Notes: a model not told the origin generated them from the sequence alone. Shown: positions 28,607-37,981, counted from the stretch's first letter. The stretch is DNA of 64,000 nt from an uncultured Verrucomicrobiae bacterium (GCA_963718565.1 OY970364.1:1632001-1696000); one strand, 5' to 3'. Numbers and translations: made by a program.

Positions 28607-29059
28607 TCAGTTCCGCTCTTTATTTTGAATTCCTTCATTGCGAATTAAGGTGCGCTGATTGACGACTTTTGGTTTCAAGTAGGCACGCATCTCTGCGTCA
28701 AATTTTTCTGCAGAACATTCTTCTCCGCAAGTGAATAAATCGACAAAACAGGCACCGTGTTCTGGATAAGTGTGTATGCTGGCATGGCTTTCAGCAAGCA
28801 AAAAAACCATTGTCAACCCACTAGGAGGAAACACCTTGCTAGAAATTTCTACAATTATCGCGCCGCTTTTCTCAACTGCCTGATGCATTGCAATGGCAAG
28901 GTTTTCTAAATCACTCAAAGCCTGAGTATCGCATTCGCAATAACTGGCAAGAAAATGCACTCCTCTAAATTGATGAAGGGATTCCTCATGGCTTTCTAAC
29001 GCGAGTGTAAAAGAAAATAATAGACCAAAAAAAACAGATGTTTTATGAACCCAGCTCAT
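28607..29059 (-). CDS. speD: S-adenosylmethionine decarboxylase proenzyme family, with signal-peptide-like N-terminus
   Basis: LAE|SHASIHTYPE autocleavage motif and DLFTCG. Confidence 0.88.
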   Translation of the reverse strand: MSWVHKTSVFFGLLFSFTLALESHEESLHQFRGVHFLASYCECDTQALSDLENLAIAMHQAVEKSGAIIVEISSKVFPPSGLTMVFLLAESHASIHTYPEHGACFVDLFTCGEECSAEKFDAEMRAYLKPKVVNQRTLIRNEGIQNKERN

Positions 29060-29912
29060 GTGATTTCTTCCAATAAATAAAATAATCTCGATTGCTCAAT
29101 GTCCCTTGCAGTTCCCATTCGCTCAAACTCTTAAGTTTCTCAAAACGCTCTCTAATCTCGTTCAGATTCATAGCAATCACACCAAAATGCTTGGGGAATT
29201 CATGTCCTAAAATATAGCCAGAAAGAGATCGCGAAAGAATATTTTCAAAAAACAGATCCTGATAAGCACGATTAAATTCAGAAAAACTCATATCCGAAAT
29301 CACTAAATCATAAACGGCTTGCCTAGGAAGCTGTTCCGGTGTACAAAAGTTCACATTGTTTACACCCAATTTCTCTAAGCATTTTTTAGCTAAGGCGAGC
29401 TGCTCAGGAAGATCTACCAGCGTATAACTTTTGAAACCAAGTACATCATTCAGAATTTTACATAGATTTCCACATCCCGCTCCGATCTGAACAATGTGCG
29501 ATGGCTCAAAATTGCCAAGCTTAGAGCGCACTTCTCCTACCATAGCAATTAAACGCAATGTCGAAGGAGAAAAAAGACCGGCATCACCAAAATGATATGT
29601 TCTTGGAGAACCGATCTGATCAATGTTGCGGAATTGCTCAAATTGTGTTTTAAGAAAGACATATTCATGATCAATTTTTCTTAGGTAGAGTTCCCCTTCC
29701 TCAAAGGTAAGATTTTCCCAGATCAGATTGAAAAAAGGATTCTGTTTAAATTGGGAAAAATAGTGTTCATCAGTGGCCGCCTTTGCTGAAATTTCAGAGA
29801 AAACAGCATGGTCGTAGATACAGCGCTGAGAATGCTTGGCCTCATTTCTCTTGCAGCCAGACACTACAAAGCAACAAATAACCAAATAAATGATAAGCTG
29901 TAAGATTTTCAT
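29043..29912 (-). CDS. Putative sugar O-methyltransferase-family SAM-dependent protein, predicted lipoprotein
   Basis: QIGAGCG, YTLVDLPE and YDLVISDMSFSE motifs; N-terminal hydrophobic stretch ending VSGC. Confidence 0.7.
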   Translation of the reverse strand: MKILQLIIYLVICCFVVSGCKRNEAKHSQRCIYDHAVFSEISAKAATDEHYFSQFKQNPFFNLIWENLTFEEGELYLRKIDHEYVFLKTQFEQFRNIDQIGSPRTYHFGDAGLFSPSTLRLIAMVGEVRSKLGNFEPSHIVQIGAGCGNLCKILNDVLGFKSYTLVDLPEQLALAKKCLEKLGVNNVNFCTPEQLPRQAVYDLVISDMSFSEFNRAYQDLFFENILSRSLSGYILGHEFPKHFGVIAMNLNEIRERFEKLKSLSEWELQGTLSNRDYFIYWKKSHELGS

Positions 29913-29942
29913 GGAAAAATGCAATCAAAACGACTTTCATGT

Positions 29943-30186
29943 TATACTGCGCCCAGCCTAAAAATATGAATTTAGGGAGTCTTAGAACAGCCCAGGCTTG
30001 AGCGAAGCAAAGCGCTCGTGACGAGGAGGTACTAAATTAATACCTCCGAGGCTGCGGACACTTTGCAAATGTCCGGTGGACATTTGCGAAGGGAAGCAAG
30101 TGAGCGAAGCGAACCGGGAAGATCGTTCAAAAATGGGCTGTTATAATGGCCCCGTAAATTCACATTTTTAGGCTGGACGCAGTATA
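29943..30186. mobile_element. Palindromic element family F (244 bp) containing the shared module
   Basis: TIR tatactgcg(c/t)ccagcctaaaaat(a/g)tgaattta with TA ends; module at 30051-30118. Confidence 0.9.
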
Positions 30187-30281
30187 TCTCTAATGCTTTT
30201 TTCTTAAAAGTTAGAAAGTTGGCTTTCTTCCAAAAAAAGCTTGGAAATAGCACAATGAAAGTAAATTGAGGTCGTGTCCGT

Positions 30282-31115
30282 ATGCGCATTCTTTTTACTT
30301 TGCTCAGTTTAGGCGCTGCTTGTTACGGGATATGGTGGCTTACTTCCACAAACCCCGAAGTGAAGACCAAAGTCGAAGACATTCTCAATACAGGCTCTTT
30401 TAATACCCTCGAGATCCGCTATACAGCCAATCAAATCATGGACGCTCATCGCAAGCATCTTCTCAAAGACAACCGTCACCGATATCTTGAACCTTCGATG
30501 AAATTTTATCCCTATCTTCTACTCGAGGTAAAATATACTGTTTCGGACAAGAAAACGAGAGAAGGTGTCATCTTATGGGATTTAATCGATGGCGAGATGG
30601 TCATCGACACCAAGCAATGGGAAAAAACGCACGGGTTTAGCGATTGCATCAATGCAAATACAGATCCGCATGAATTCAAGGTCATCAATACTTTGGCCTA
30701 TAAAGGCGGATCGGCCGACCGAGAAGCTCTGATCAAAGCGCTGCACGTCGAAAACGATGTGTTAGATGCTTGGCTCGAAAGCTGTCGACGTAAAAAATTA
30801 ATTGTACAATCCGGCAATCGATACCGCCTTCATCTAGAAAATCCCCATCTTAAAATGCTTCCTGCCACCAAACTCGACGAACGTTTGGTGACTAAGCCCC
30901 ACCGCAATGCCGACCGCATTCCTAACCGCTATTCTCTTTCGCAAATTGAGAAAATCACTCGGGCCGCCTTCGGCAATGAATTTGCGATCCGCAAAACAAC
31001 GGATATCTATCTGCCTGTCCATTGCATCGTCGTGCAAAACCCTGATGGATCGATACATACTAGTCTCTGGAATGCCCTCAATGGCAAACGCTTGCAATCC
31101 CATTCCATTGAATGA
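30282..31115 (+). CDS. Membrane-anchored hypothetical protein
   Basis: 277-aa ORF with GAGG RBS and N-terminal TM. Confidence 0.8.
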   Translation: MRILFTLLSLGAACYGIWWLTSTNPEVKTKVEDILNTGSFNTLEIRYTANQIMDAHRKHLLKDNRHRYLEPSMKFYPYLLLEVKYTVSDKKTREGVILWDLIDGEMVIDTKQWEKTHGFSDCINANTDPHEFKVINTLAYKGGSADREALIKALHVENDVLDAWLESCRRKKLIVQSGNRYRLHLENPHLKMLPATKLDERLVTKPHRNADRIPNRYSLSQIEKITRAAFGNEFAIRKTTDIYLPVHCIVVQNPDGSIHTSLWNALNGKRLQSHSIE

Positions 31116-31158
31116 TCCTTGCCCGGAAAATCCTAAAGCGAGTAAACTTTTGCTCCTT

Positions 31159-31248
31159 GGAAAGATGGCTGAGTGGCCGAAGGCACGTCCCTGCTAAGGA
31201 CGCGTACCCGCTAAACGGGTACCGAGGGTTCAAATCCCTCTCTTTCCG
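31159..31248 (+). tRNA. tRNA-Ser(GCT)
   Basis: GGAAAGA/TCTTTCC acceptor, cgtcc-CTGCTAA-ggacg anticodon arm, long variable arm, GGTTCAAATCC; CCA not encoded. Confidence 0.97.
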
Positions 31249-31260
31249 AAACTTCCTGAG

Positions 31261-31285
31261 CCCTGAAATCTTTCAGGGTTTTTTT
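31261..31285 (+). terminator. Rho-independent terminator after tRNA-Ser
   Basis: ccctgaaa-tc-tttcaggg followed by T7. Confidence 0.8.
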
Positions 31286-31315
31286 ATCTTATAGAGCCTA
31301 TAAAAGGAGATTGCT

Positions 31316-31435
31316 ATGTTCTGCAAAGTCTTATTTATCATGCTTTTCTCGGTTTTCACCACTTTTTCCTATGCAAATTTTAGCGCATGCGATTTATCTC
31401 ACAAAGATGTTCCCTCAATTATACATTCTTCTTAG
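31316..31435 (+). CDS. 39-aa small ORF with signal-peptide-like sequence (possibly a truncated gene)
   Basis: AAAAGGAG RBS; MFCKVLFIMLFSVFTTFSYANFSACDLSHKDVPSIIHSS*. Confidence 0.4.
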   Translation: MFCKVLFIMLFSVFTTFSYANFSACDLSHKDVPSIIHSS

Positions 31436-31495
31436 AAGATTGCATAAATATCCCTAAGTCACAATACTTCAAAGATACTTCCCACCAGGTGCCCT

Positions 31496-32947
31496 ATGTC
31501 TGAAGAGCTCGCTTCAAAAGATAAAGTCAGAATCGCCCCCAATTCTAAAGAGTCAGAAATGATCGTGCTCGGCTCAATGCTTACAAGCATTAATAGTTTA
31601 AACATAGGAGCCGATGGACTTGATGAGGGAGATTTTTACTTCACCGAACATAGAATCATTTTTCAGGCTTTAAAGAATGCTTATCGCAATGACAAGCCTG
31701 CGGATGTGCACCTGATCGGTGAAGAGCTCAAAAGGCAGGACAAACTTAAAGCCATCGGTGGCTTAGGCTATCTGACGACGTTGGCACAATACGCCGGAAC
31801 TTCAGCCTATATTGAAGAATATATCGAACTTGTTCGAGATAAATCCATTCTTCGCAGAATGATCAATGTCGCACAAGAAGTAGAGCGAGAGGCCCTCAAT
31901 AATCCCGAAGATGTGCATGTTCTTCTCGACGACACTCAAGCCAAATTTTTCCTCATTAGCCAGGCTGCTAATTTCAATGCCGGTATTTTAATCAAAGATC
32001 TTCTCTCCGGGGTGAAGGCATCTTCTCAGTTGCCTTACCTCAAGGAACTCCAAGAGCGCCAAGAGCGCTTTCAGAAAAAGGGACCTGATGAATTAGGAAT
32101 CACGGGAATCCCCACACACTTTGTCGATTTGGATAAATTGACCAACGGCCTTGGCGCCTCCAACTTAATGATCCTCGCGGCGCGGCCCGCAATGGGAAAG
32201 ACCGCCCTTGCACTCAATGTTGTTGAAAATGTCGCTTTTAAAAATTCACTTCCCGTAGGTATCTTCTCTTTGGAAATGACCGCCGAGCAGCTTCTCCATC
32301 GCATGATCTGCAGTCAGGCAGAAGTCGAATCGGATAAAATTCGGACAGGTTCGGTCAACGGCATCGAATACCAACGCATCGTCGCTGCTGTCAATTCCAT
32401 GATGAAAGGAATTGTGATTATCGACGACCAGCCTGGATTGAAAATCACTGATTTACGCGCCCGTGCACGCCGTATGAAAGAAAGTCATAACATCCAACTT
32501 CTCGTCGTCGACTACCTGCAGCTGATCTCAGGTTCGGGACTTTCGCGTAGCGGGGAAAATCGTCAAAATGAAATTTCTGAAATTTCGCGTATGATGAAAA
32601 CTTTAGCACGCGAATTGAATTTGCCCATCCTCTGTTTATCCCAGCTCTCCCGTAAAGTCGAAGAAAGGCAAGGCCATCGTCCTATGATGAGTGATTTGAG
32701 AGAAAGCGGCGCGATCGAGCAGGATAGCGATATCGTGATGTTCTTATTGCGCCGGGAATACTATGATCCTTATGACAAACCGGGAATGGCAGAGTTGATT
32801 GTTGCTAAAAACCGTCATGGAGCTGTGGGAAGTGTGAACCTGACTTACCGAAAAGAACTTGCACAGTTTGCCAACTATTCGCCCATGCATGCAAGTGCTA
32901 GCCCTTCTGCAGATAACGATGAGGCTTTCGCTGCTTTTTCTCATTGA
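31496..32947 (+). CDS. dnaB: Replicative DNA helicase
   Basis: AARPAMGKT, FSLEM, VDYLQL, LSQLSR, DLRESGAIEQD and KNRHG motifs. Confidence 0.99.
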   Translation: MSEELASKDKVRIAPNSKESEMIVLGSMLTSINSLNIGADGLDEGDFYFTEHRIIFQALKNAYRNDKPADVHLIGEELKRQDKLKAIGGLGYLTTLAQYAGTSAYIEEYIELVRDKSILRRMINVAQEVEREALNNPEDVHVLLDDTQAKFFLISQAANFNAGILIKDLLSGVKASSQLPYLKELQERQERFQKKGPDELGITGIPTHFVDLDKLTNGLGASNLMILAARPAMGKTALALNVVENVAFKNSLPVGIFSLEMTAEQLLHRMICSQAEVESDKIRTGSVNGIEYQRIVAAVNSMMKGIVIIDDQPGLKITDLRARARRMKESHNIQLLVVDYLQLISGSGLSRSGENRQNEISEISRMMKTLARELNLPILCLSQLSRKVEERQGHRPMMSDLRESGAIEQDSDIVMFLLRREYYDPYDKPGMAELIVAKNRHGAVGSVNLTYRKELAQFANYSPMHASASPSADNDEAFAAFSH

Positions 32948-33008
32948 TTACCAATGGGTTACACGAAAAATCTCCCGAGCATTGGCCTCTGCTAATTTTT
33001 TATTTTAG

Positions 33009-33095
33009 AGGGAATTGCAAAACTCCTCGCTGCATAAAACGGCAAGCCAAGATTTGAACTGATTTCGCGAGCGAAGCGAGTGAAATTAGTCCAAA
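33009..33095. repeat. Family A solo end followed by a GCGAAGC-capped hairpin
   Basis: agggaattgcaaaactcctcgctgcataaaa (33009-33039); tttgaactgatttcgcga-gcgaagc-gagtgaaattagtccaaa (33053-33095). Confidence 0.75.
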
Positions 33096-33202
33096 CCCAA
33101 GTATAATCCCTTTACTTTTTCTTATTTTGCTTATAAACTCGCCATTTACTTTTTAATAGACCCTTTTTAAGTTGATATTTAGATCAGGGAGCATTATTCT
33201 CT

Positions 33203-33289
33203 ATGGCATCTGTAAAGAAAAAACGCCGTGCTAAGATCGCAAAGCACAAAAGAAAAAAAAGACGCCGCCGTGATCGGCACAAAAAATAA
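33203..33289 (+). CDS. AURKAIP1/COX24-domain small basic protein (bS22/mS38-like ribosomal protein)
   Basis: MASVKKKRRAKIAKHKRKKRRRRDRHKK*; below the ORF-track size cutoff. Confidence 0.88.
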   Translation: MASVKKKRRAKIAKHKRKKRRRRDRHKK

Positions 33290-33322
33290 CTCTAAAAATT
33301 AGAGTTGTTTCGAGAGGGCCTC

Positions 33323-33496
33323 TATACCGAAACAACATGAAGAATTGAAATTTTGGCAAAGCTGGCGCCCAAAGTTTGAACCAGCGAAGCGGCGACGAAG
33401 CAGCACAACTTGAACAAGTTGTGCGATGCAGGCGGGATCAAAATCTGGGATGTCCAGCGCAGCCAAAAAACCGATTCTTCATGTTGTTTCGGTATA
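33323..33496. mobile_element. Palindromic element family B, diverged subfamily (174 bp)
   Basis: TIR tataccgaaacaacatgaagaat; same length and apical hairpin as 18118-18291. Confidence 0.88.
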
Positions 33497-33559
33497 AACT
33501 TAAGCAATGAAAGTCTATTGCAGTAGGGGTTTTTGTCATTACTCAATCCGTTCTTTTTG

Positions 33560-33629
33560 ACCTGAGTTTTGGACTTTTTTTATAGTAAACTGGGCGCAGT
33601 ATGGTATGAAATGAACCCAAAACTCAGGT
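33560..33629. mobile_element. MITE family E, short form, containing a family F end
   Basis: acctgagttttgg...ccaaaactcaggt with internal ctgggcgcagtat. Confidence 0.75.
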
Positions 33630-33639
33630 TTTTTAAATC

Positions 33640-35472
33640 ATGTGGACATACCCAGAAGAATTTGATGTCATTGTCGTAGGTGCCGGACACTCGGGTTGTG
33701 AAGCTGCACATGCAGCTGCAAAAATGGGAGCCAAAACTCTCCTATTGACAATGAATCTGGACACGATCGCCAAGATGAGTTGCAATCCGGCTGTTGGGGG
33801 GACCGCGAAGGGACATATCGTCCGTGAAATCGATGCTCTTGGCGGGATCATGGGAAAAGTGACGGATCAAACAGGAATTCAGTTTCGGATGCTGAATGCC
33901 TCCAAAGGGCCAGCTGTCTGGTCTCCACGAGCGCAAACGGATAAGTTCGCTTACGCAGCCGCCATGAAACATCGCCTCGAGAAAGCCCCCAACTTGTTGA
34001 TTAAGCAAGGGACCACGGAATCTCTTGTTGTTGCAGGAAATAAGATCTGCGGACTCGCAACCCTGGAAGGGATTGGCTATCAAGGTAAAACCCTTATCAT
34101 TTCCTCTGGGACATTTATGCGAGGCTTGATCCATATTGGACAGGCCCAATTTCCAGGCGGAAGGGCGGGAGATAAGCCTTCCGTGGGTTTGTCTGCCCAT
34201 TTAGAATCGCTTGGGTTTAGATTAGGACGGTTAAAAACAGGCACACCACCGCGCATCAACCGACGCAGTATCGACTTTTCTCAAATGCAAGAGCAGCCTG
34301 GAGAAGAAGGCATCCGTTTTTCTTACGATGAAGCGGAAGGTCCAGGCCTTCCCCAAGTCCCATGCCACATCACTTATACTAACGAGGAGACCAAGAAAGT
34401 CATCCGCGAAAATCTCCATCTTTCTCCGATGTACTCCGGACAAATCAAAAGTATTGGTCCAAGATACTGTCCTTCCATTGAAGATAAAATCGTCCGATTT
34501 GCAGATAAAGAGCGGCATCAATTGTTCCTCGAACCCGAAGGTTTAAACACGGAAGAAATTTACGTTAACGGAATTTCATCCTCTCTTCCTTTCGATGTCC
34601 AGCTCCGCATGCTGCATACGATTCAAGGACTGGAAAAAGCAGAAGTCATGCGCCCCGCTTATGCGATCGAATACGACTACGTGAAAAGCGGACAGCTTTA
34701 TTCCACTTTAGAAACTCAACTTATCGAAGGTTTGTTCTTCGCGGGACAAATCAATGGGACAACAGGATATGAGGAGGCGGCGGGGCAAGGCCTCATTGCT
34801 GGAATCAATGCCGCATTGAAAGTTGCTAGCAAACCTCCTTTTGTCCTCAAGCGCTCTGAGGCATACATCGGCGTCATGATCGATGAGCTCATTTCTAAAG
34901 AACTCGATGAGCCTTATCGCATGTTCACAAGCCGTGCAGAGCATCGTCTGCTGCTTCGTCAAGATAATGCCGATCTGCGTTTGCGCGAATTTGGGTACCA
35001 TTTGGGATTGATTGACTCCGGACGTTATCAACGGCTCCAAGAAAAGAAAACATGCATAGAATCTGAAATTGCCCGACTGACCAAAACGTACTGTCAAGTT
35101 AATGGAAAATCGATATCTCTTGCACAGCTTCTCTGTCGTCCAGAATTTACCTGCCAAAAAATTTTGGAAGAATTCTCCGATCGTGTCACTGATTACGGCC
35201 CAGAGATCAACTTCCAAATTGAGCTGAACTTAAAGTATGCAGGATATATTGAAAGGCAGACGCAAGAAGCGGCCAAATTGGAAACGATCGAACGTTTTCT
35301 GATTCCCAAAAATTTTAATTTTTTAGAAGTCACAGGATTAAGCAATGAGGCACGTGAAAAACTCCATCGTATTCAACCTTCCAATCTCGGGCAAGCTTCC
35401 CGCGTTTCCGGTGTTTCCCCAGCAGATATCTCCGTTTTAATGGTTGCACTCAAACAAAATCAAAAAAGGTGA
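33640..35472 (+). CDS. mnmG: tRNA uridine-5-carboxymethylaminomethyl modification enzyme MnmG (GidA)
   Basis: [47 protein letters not shown] and YRMFTSRAE motifs. Confidence 0.99.
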   Translation: MWTYPEEFDVIVVGAGHSGCEAAHAAAKMGAKTLLLTMNLDTIAKMSCNPAVGGTAKGHIVREIDALGGIMGKVTDQTGIQFRMLNASKGPAVWSPRAQTDKFAYAAAMKHRLEKAPNLLIKQGTTESLVVAGNKICGLATLEGIGYQGKTLIISSGTFMRGLIHIGQAQFPGGRAGDKPSVGLSAHLESLGFRLGRLKTGTPPRINRRSIDFSQMQEQPGEEGIRFSYDEAEGPGLPQVPCHITYTNEETKKVIRENLHLSPMYSGQIKSIGPRYCPSIEDKIVRFADKERHQLFLEPEGLNTEEIYVNGISSSLPFDVQLRMLHTIQGLEKAEVMRPAYAIEYDYVKSGQLYSTLETQLIEGLFFAGQINGTTGYEEAAGQGLIAGINAALKVASKPPFVLKRSEAYIGVMIDELISKELDEPYRMFTSRAEHRLLLRQDNADLRLREFGYHLGLIDSGRYQRLQEKKTCIESEIARLTKTYCQVNGKSISLAQLLCRPEFTCQKILEEFSDRVTDYGPEINFQIELNLKYAGYIERQTQEAAKLETIERFLIPKNFNFLEVTGLSNEAREKLHRIQPSNLGQASRVSGVSPADISVLMVALKQNQKR

Positions 35473-35475
35473 TTC

Positions 35476-36417
35476 ATGACCAGCTCAGATTCACTCCCGA
35501 TCATTTTGGTCGTTTCTGCGGACAGCTACAAAAGCGCTTTTTTTAAACGCACGCTGCAAGGGTTATTTTATGTGATCGATGCCACTGATAGTTTTACAGC
35601 CGTTGATTGGCTGAAAGGCGTGCACGCTTCCCTCATTATTCTCGATGAAAAAACTCTCTCAAACACATGGCCCATTATCGCCGATCATATTAGAACCTTA
35701 AGCGGCTATCGCGAGGTTCCTCTTTTATTGATCACTAATAACCTTAAAAAAAATTTTCTCGTTAAAGCGCTAAATATGGGGATTACCGATTTTCTCAATG
35801 AGCCTTTCGATGCGGATGAAGTATTTCAGCGTATTCTTGTCGCTACTCAATCAAAGCCCGTGACAAAAAAAATCACTCTAATGGCTAAAAAATTCAAAAA
35901 AACGCCCTCCATATCCCCTGCTAAACTCTCTTCACCTCAACGTTTTGTCATTACTGAAGATGCCATCAAAGAAATTGCGACAGTGCAGCGAAAACATCAA
36001 TCGATGTGTTTGCTGCTCTTAGAAATGGATGGCTTTCAAAAAATCGCCCAGGAAGTTGGCGAGGGAGGGGCGCAGAAACTCCTCTCGCATATTCAACATC
36101 TGTTCAAAACTCATCAACGGCGCCTAGACGTCATCTTACCTCAAGGCAATGGCCGGTTTTTATGGATGTTGCCCAATACTTCTCATCGCGCCGCAATGAC
36201 AATAGCGGAGACTTTGCGCAAAGAGATTCAAGAAAAACCGTTTCCTATCAAATCGCATTCCATTCCGCTCTCTTTATCGATTGGAGTCGTCACTCTCGAT
36301 AAAAACTCTGTCTTGTCTCAAAGCGCCTATGACCAATTCGGCTCTTTACTAGGAAAAGTTGACCGTGCTCTTAATAAAGCCAAGCAAAAAGGCAATCAAA
36401 TTATTTCGGAGAAGTAA
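35476..36417 (+). CDS. Receiver-domain plus degenerate GGDEF-domain protein
   Basis: REC-like N-terminus (LIILD, GITDFLNEPF); GGDEF fold landmarks with the signature replaced by GNGRF. Confidence 0.8.
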   Translation: MTSSDSLPIILVVSADSYKSAFFKRTLQGLFYVIDATDSFTAVDWLKGVHASLIILDEKTLSNTWPIIADHIRTLSGYREVPLLLITNNLKKNFLVKALNMGITDFLNEPFDADEVFQRILVATQSKPVTKKITLMAKKFKKTPSISPAKLSSPQRFVITEDAIKEIATVQRKHQSMCLLLLEMDGFQKIAQEVGEGGAQKLLSHIQHLFKTHQRRLDVILPQGNGRFLWMLPNTSHRAAMTIAETLRKEIQEKPFPIKSHSIPLSLSIGVVTLDKNSVLSQSAYDQFGSLLGKVDRALNKAKQKGNQIISEK

Positions 36418-36430
36418 TACTTGGAAAAAT

Positions 36431-37132
36431 ATGTTTCAGGTGCTTCGATTAAAATCTTATCCCATTTTTGACCAACTTCTCCTCGAAGAGAAACTCTTGC
36501 GTTCTGATTCAGGCAATTGGTGTCTGATCAATGAAGGCTCAACACCTGCGATTGTGATGGGCATTTCTGGGAAAAAGGAGGAATGGGTCGATTGTGCAAG
36601 AGTTGCAGAAGATAAGATCCCTTTGATTAAACGATTCAGTGGTGGCGGGACCGTCTTTGTCGATGAGGACACTTTGTTCATTACTTTCATTTGTCAAAAG
36701 CAGCTTCACAATTTTCCTGCTTATCCCGAGCCAATCATGCGATGGACAGAACAGATTTATGCGCAAGCGTTCCAACACCCTGGATTTTGCCTAAAAGAAA
36801 ATGATTATGTCATCGAAGATCGAAAATTCGGCGGTAATGCACAATACATCAAAAAAGATAGGTGGCTGCATCACACTTCCCTTTTATGGAATTTCTCTTC
36901 CGAAAAGATGCAGTATCTGCTTCATCCTAAAAAAACGCCTTCCTACCGCTCTGGACGCCCGCATGAGGAATTCCTTTGCCGGCTCTCGGAATATTTTGCT
37001 GATAAGGAAGAATTCATTGAACGGGTTATCCATGAAATTGGGAAACGCTTCCCTATTCAGAAAATTTCTCTGGAAGAAGCGCAATCCATCCCTCAACATT
37101 CCACTCGTCAATCAACTAAAAGATATGGGTAA
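36431..37132 (+). CDS. lplA: Lipoate-protein ligase A family
   Basis: KRFSGGGTVF, KFGGNAQ and HHTSLL motifs; start placed at ATG 36431. Confidence 0.9.
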   Translation: MFQVLRLKSYPIFDQLLLEEKLLRSDSGNWCLINEGSTPAIVMGISGKKEEWVDCARVAEDKIPLIKRFSGGGTVFVDEDTLFITFICQKQLHNFPAYPEPIMRWTEQIYAQAFQHPGFCLKENDYVIEDRKFGGNAQYIKKDRWLHHTSLLWNFSSEKMQYLLHPKKTPSYRSGRPHEEFLCRLSEYFADKEEFIERVIHEIGKRFPIQKISLEEAQSIPQHSTRQSTKRYG

Positions 37133-37166
37133 TAACATGTGTCCGCGTTTCCGACATATGAAATGG

Positions 37167-37256
37167 AGGCATTACTTCAATGCCTAGCCTCAACACTTTG
37201 ATTTACACCCCCAAAATTTACAAAAATTGCCTCAAAATCTAAGACAATTTACTATA
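37167..37256. mobile_element. Family E internal fragment abutting a family A element
   Basis: aatgcctagcctcaacactt..tttacaccc and gacaat(t/c)tactata match 62903-63147. Confidence 0.8.
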
Positions 37257-37257
37257 G

Positions 37258-37485
37258 AGGGAATTGCAAAACTCCTCGCCAGCAGAAAATCGATGATTTT
37301 GGCACCTGTTGCCAGAACCCGCACAGCGGGTTCGGTTGGCGGCGGCGAAAGCATACTTGGATAAGTTGGCTGCGAAGACACGAAAAGGTCCGGGGAACCT
37401 TCGTAAGTAGCAAAGCAGGTGAGCGAAGAGCGAACCGGGGCCGAAGGCAGCCGCCGCCAAGGCAACAGGTGCCAAAAGCGCGATT
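37258..37485. mobile_element. MITE family A, long form with the shared module, right TIR missing
   Basis: Colinear with the reverse complement of 41771-41950 plus an ~80-nt insert at 37369-37448. Confidence 0.88.
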
Positions 37486-37510
37486 AGAGAACCCAAACTT
37501 TGAGGCTTTT

Positions 37511-37960
37511 ATGTCATCACTTGATGTCCGTCTTCATGACTGTATTGAAAAATACAACGTTCTACAGAAACCAACAGAGCAAATTAACGCATATTTCCAA
37601 GAACACCCTAATTTCTATAAGGTCGCTCTACTTGTAAATCACGTTTGTCGCGCCCTTGCCATGGCCGCTTTCTGTTCAATGCTCCCCTTTTCAGGTGCGA
37701 TCAACGTCGCTATTTGTTTTGCAGGATCGCTCTTTTACCGCCTCACTGTGGAAACGAATTGCGCCTATAAATTTGCTCTTCCAGCTTTTGCTGGATCGAT
37801 CGCAATCCCGATGGCAATGACGGCACTAAATCCTATCATCACTGGCGTGGCTCTTGCTTCATTAACCGGCCTTGGCCCCGCCTTTGTTTCCCTCATTCCA
37901 CTCGCTGCTTATATCACTTACATTGTCTTGACGGTGAACTATGACGTGGACAATCGCTAG
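37511..37960 (+). CDS. Hypothetical membrane protein
   Basis: ATG 37511 after GAGG; several hydrophobic segments; TAG directly followed by a family A end (37961-37982). Confidence 0.7.
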   Translation: MSSLDVRLHDCIEKYNVLQKPTEQINAYFQEHPNFYKVALLVNHVCRALAMAAFCSMLPFSGAINVAICFAGSLFYRLTVETNCAYKFALPAFAGSIAIPMAMTALNPIITGVALASLTGLGPAFVSLIPLAAYITYIVLTVNYDVDNR

Positions 37961-37981
37961 AGGGAGTTGCAAAACTCCTCG

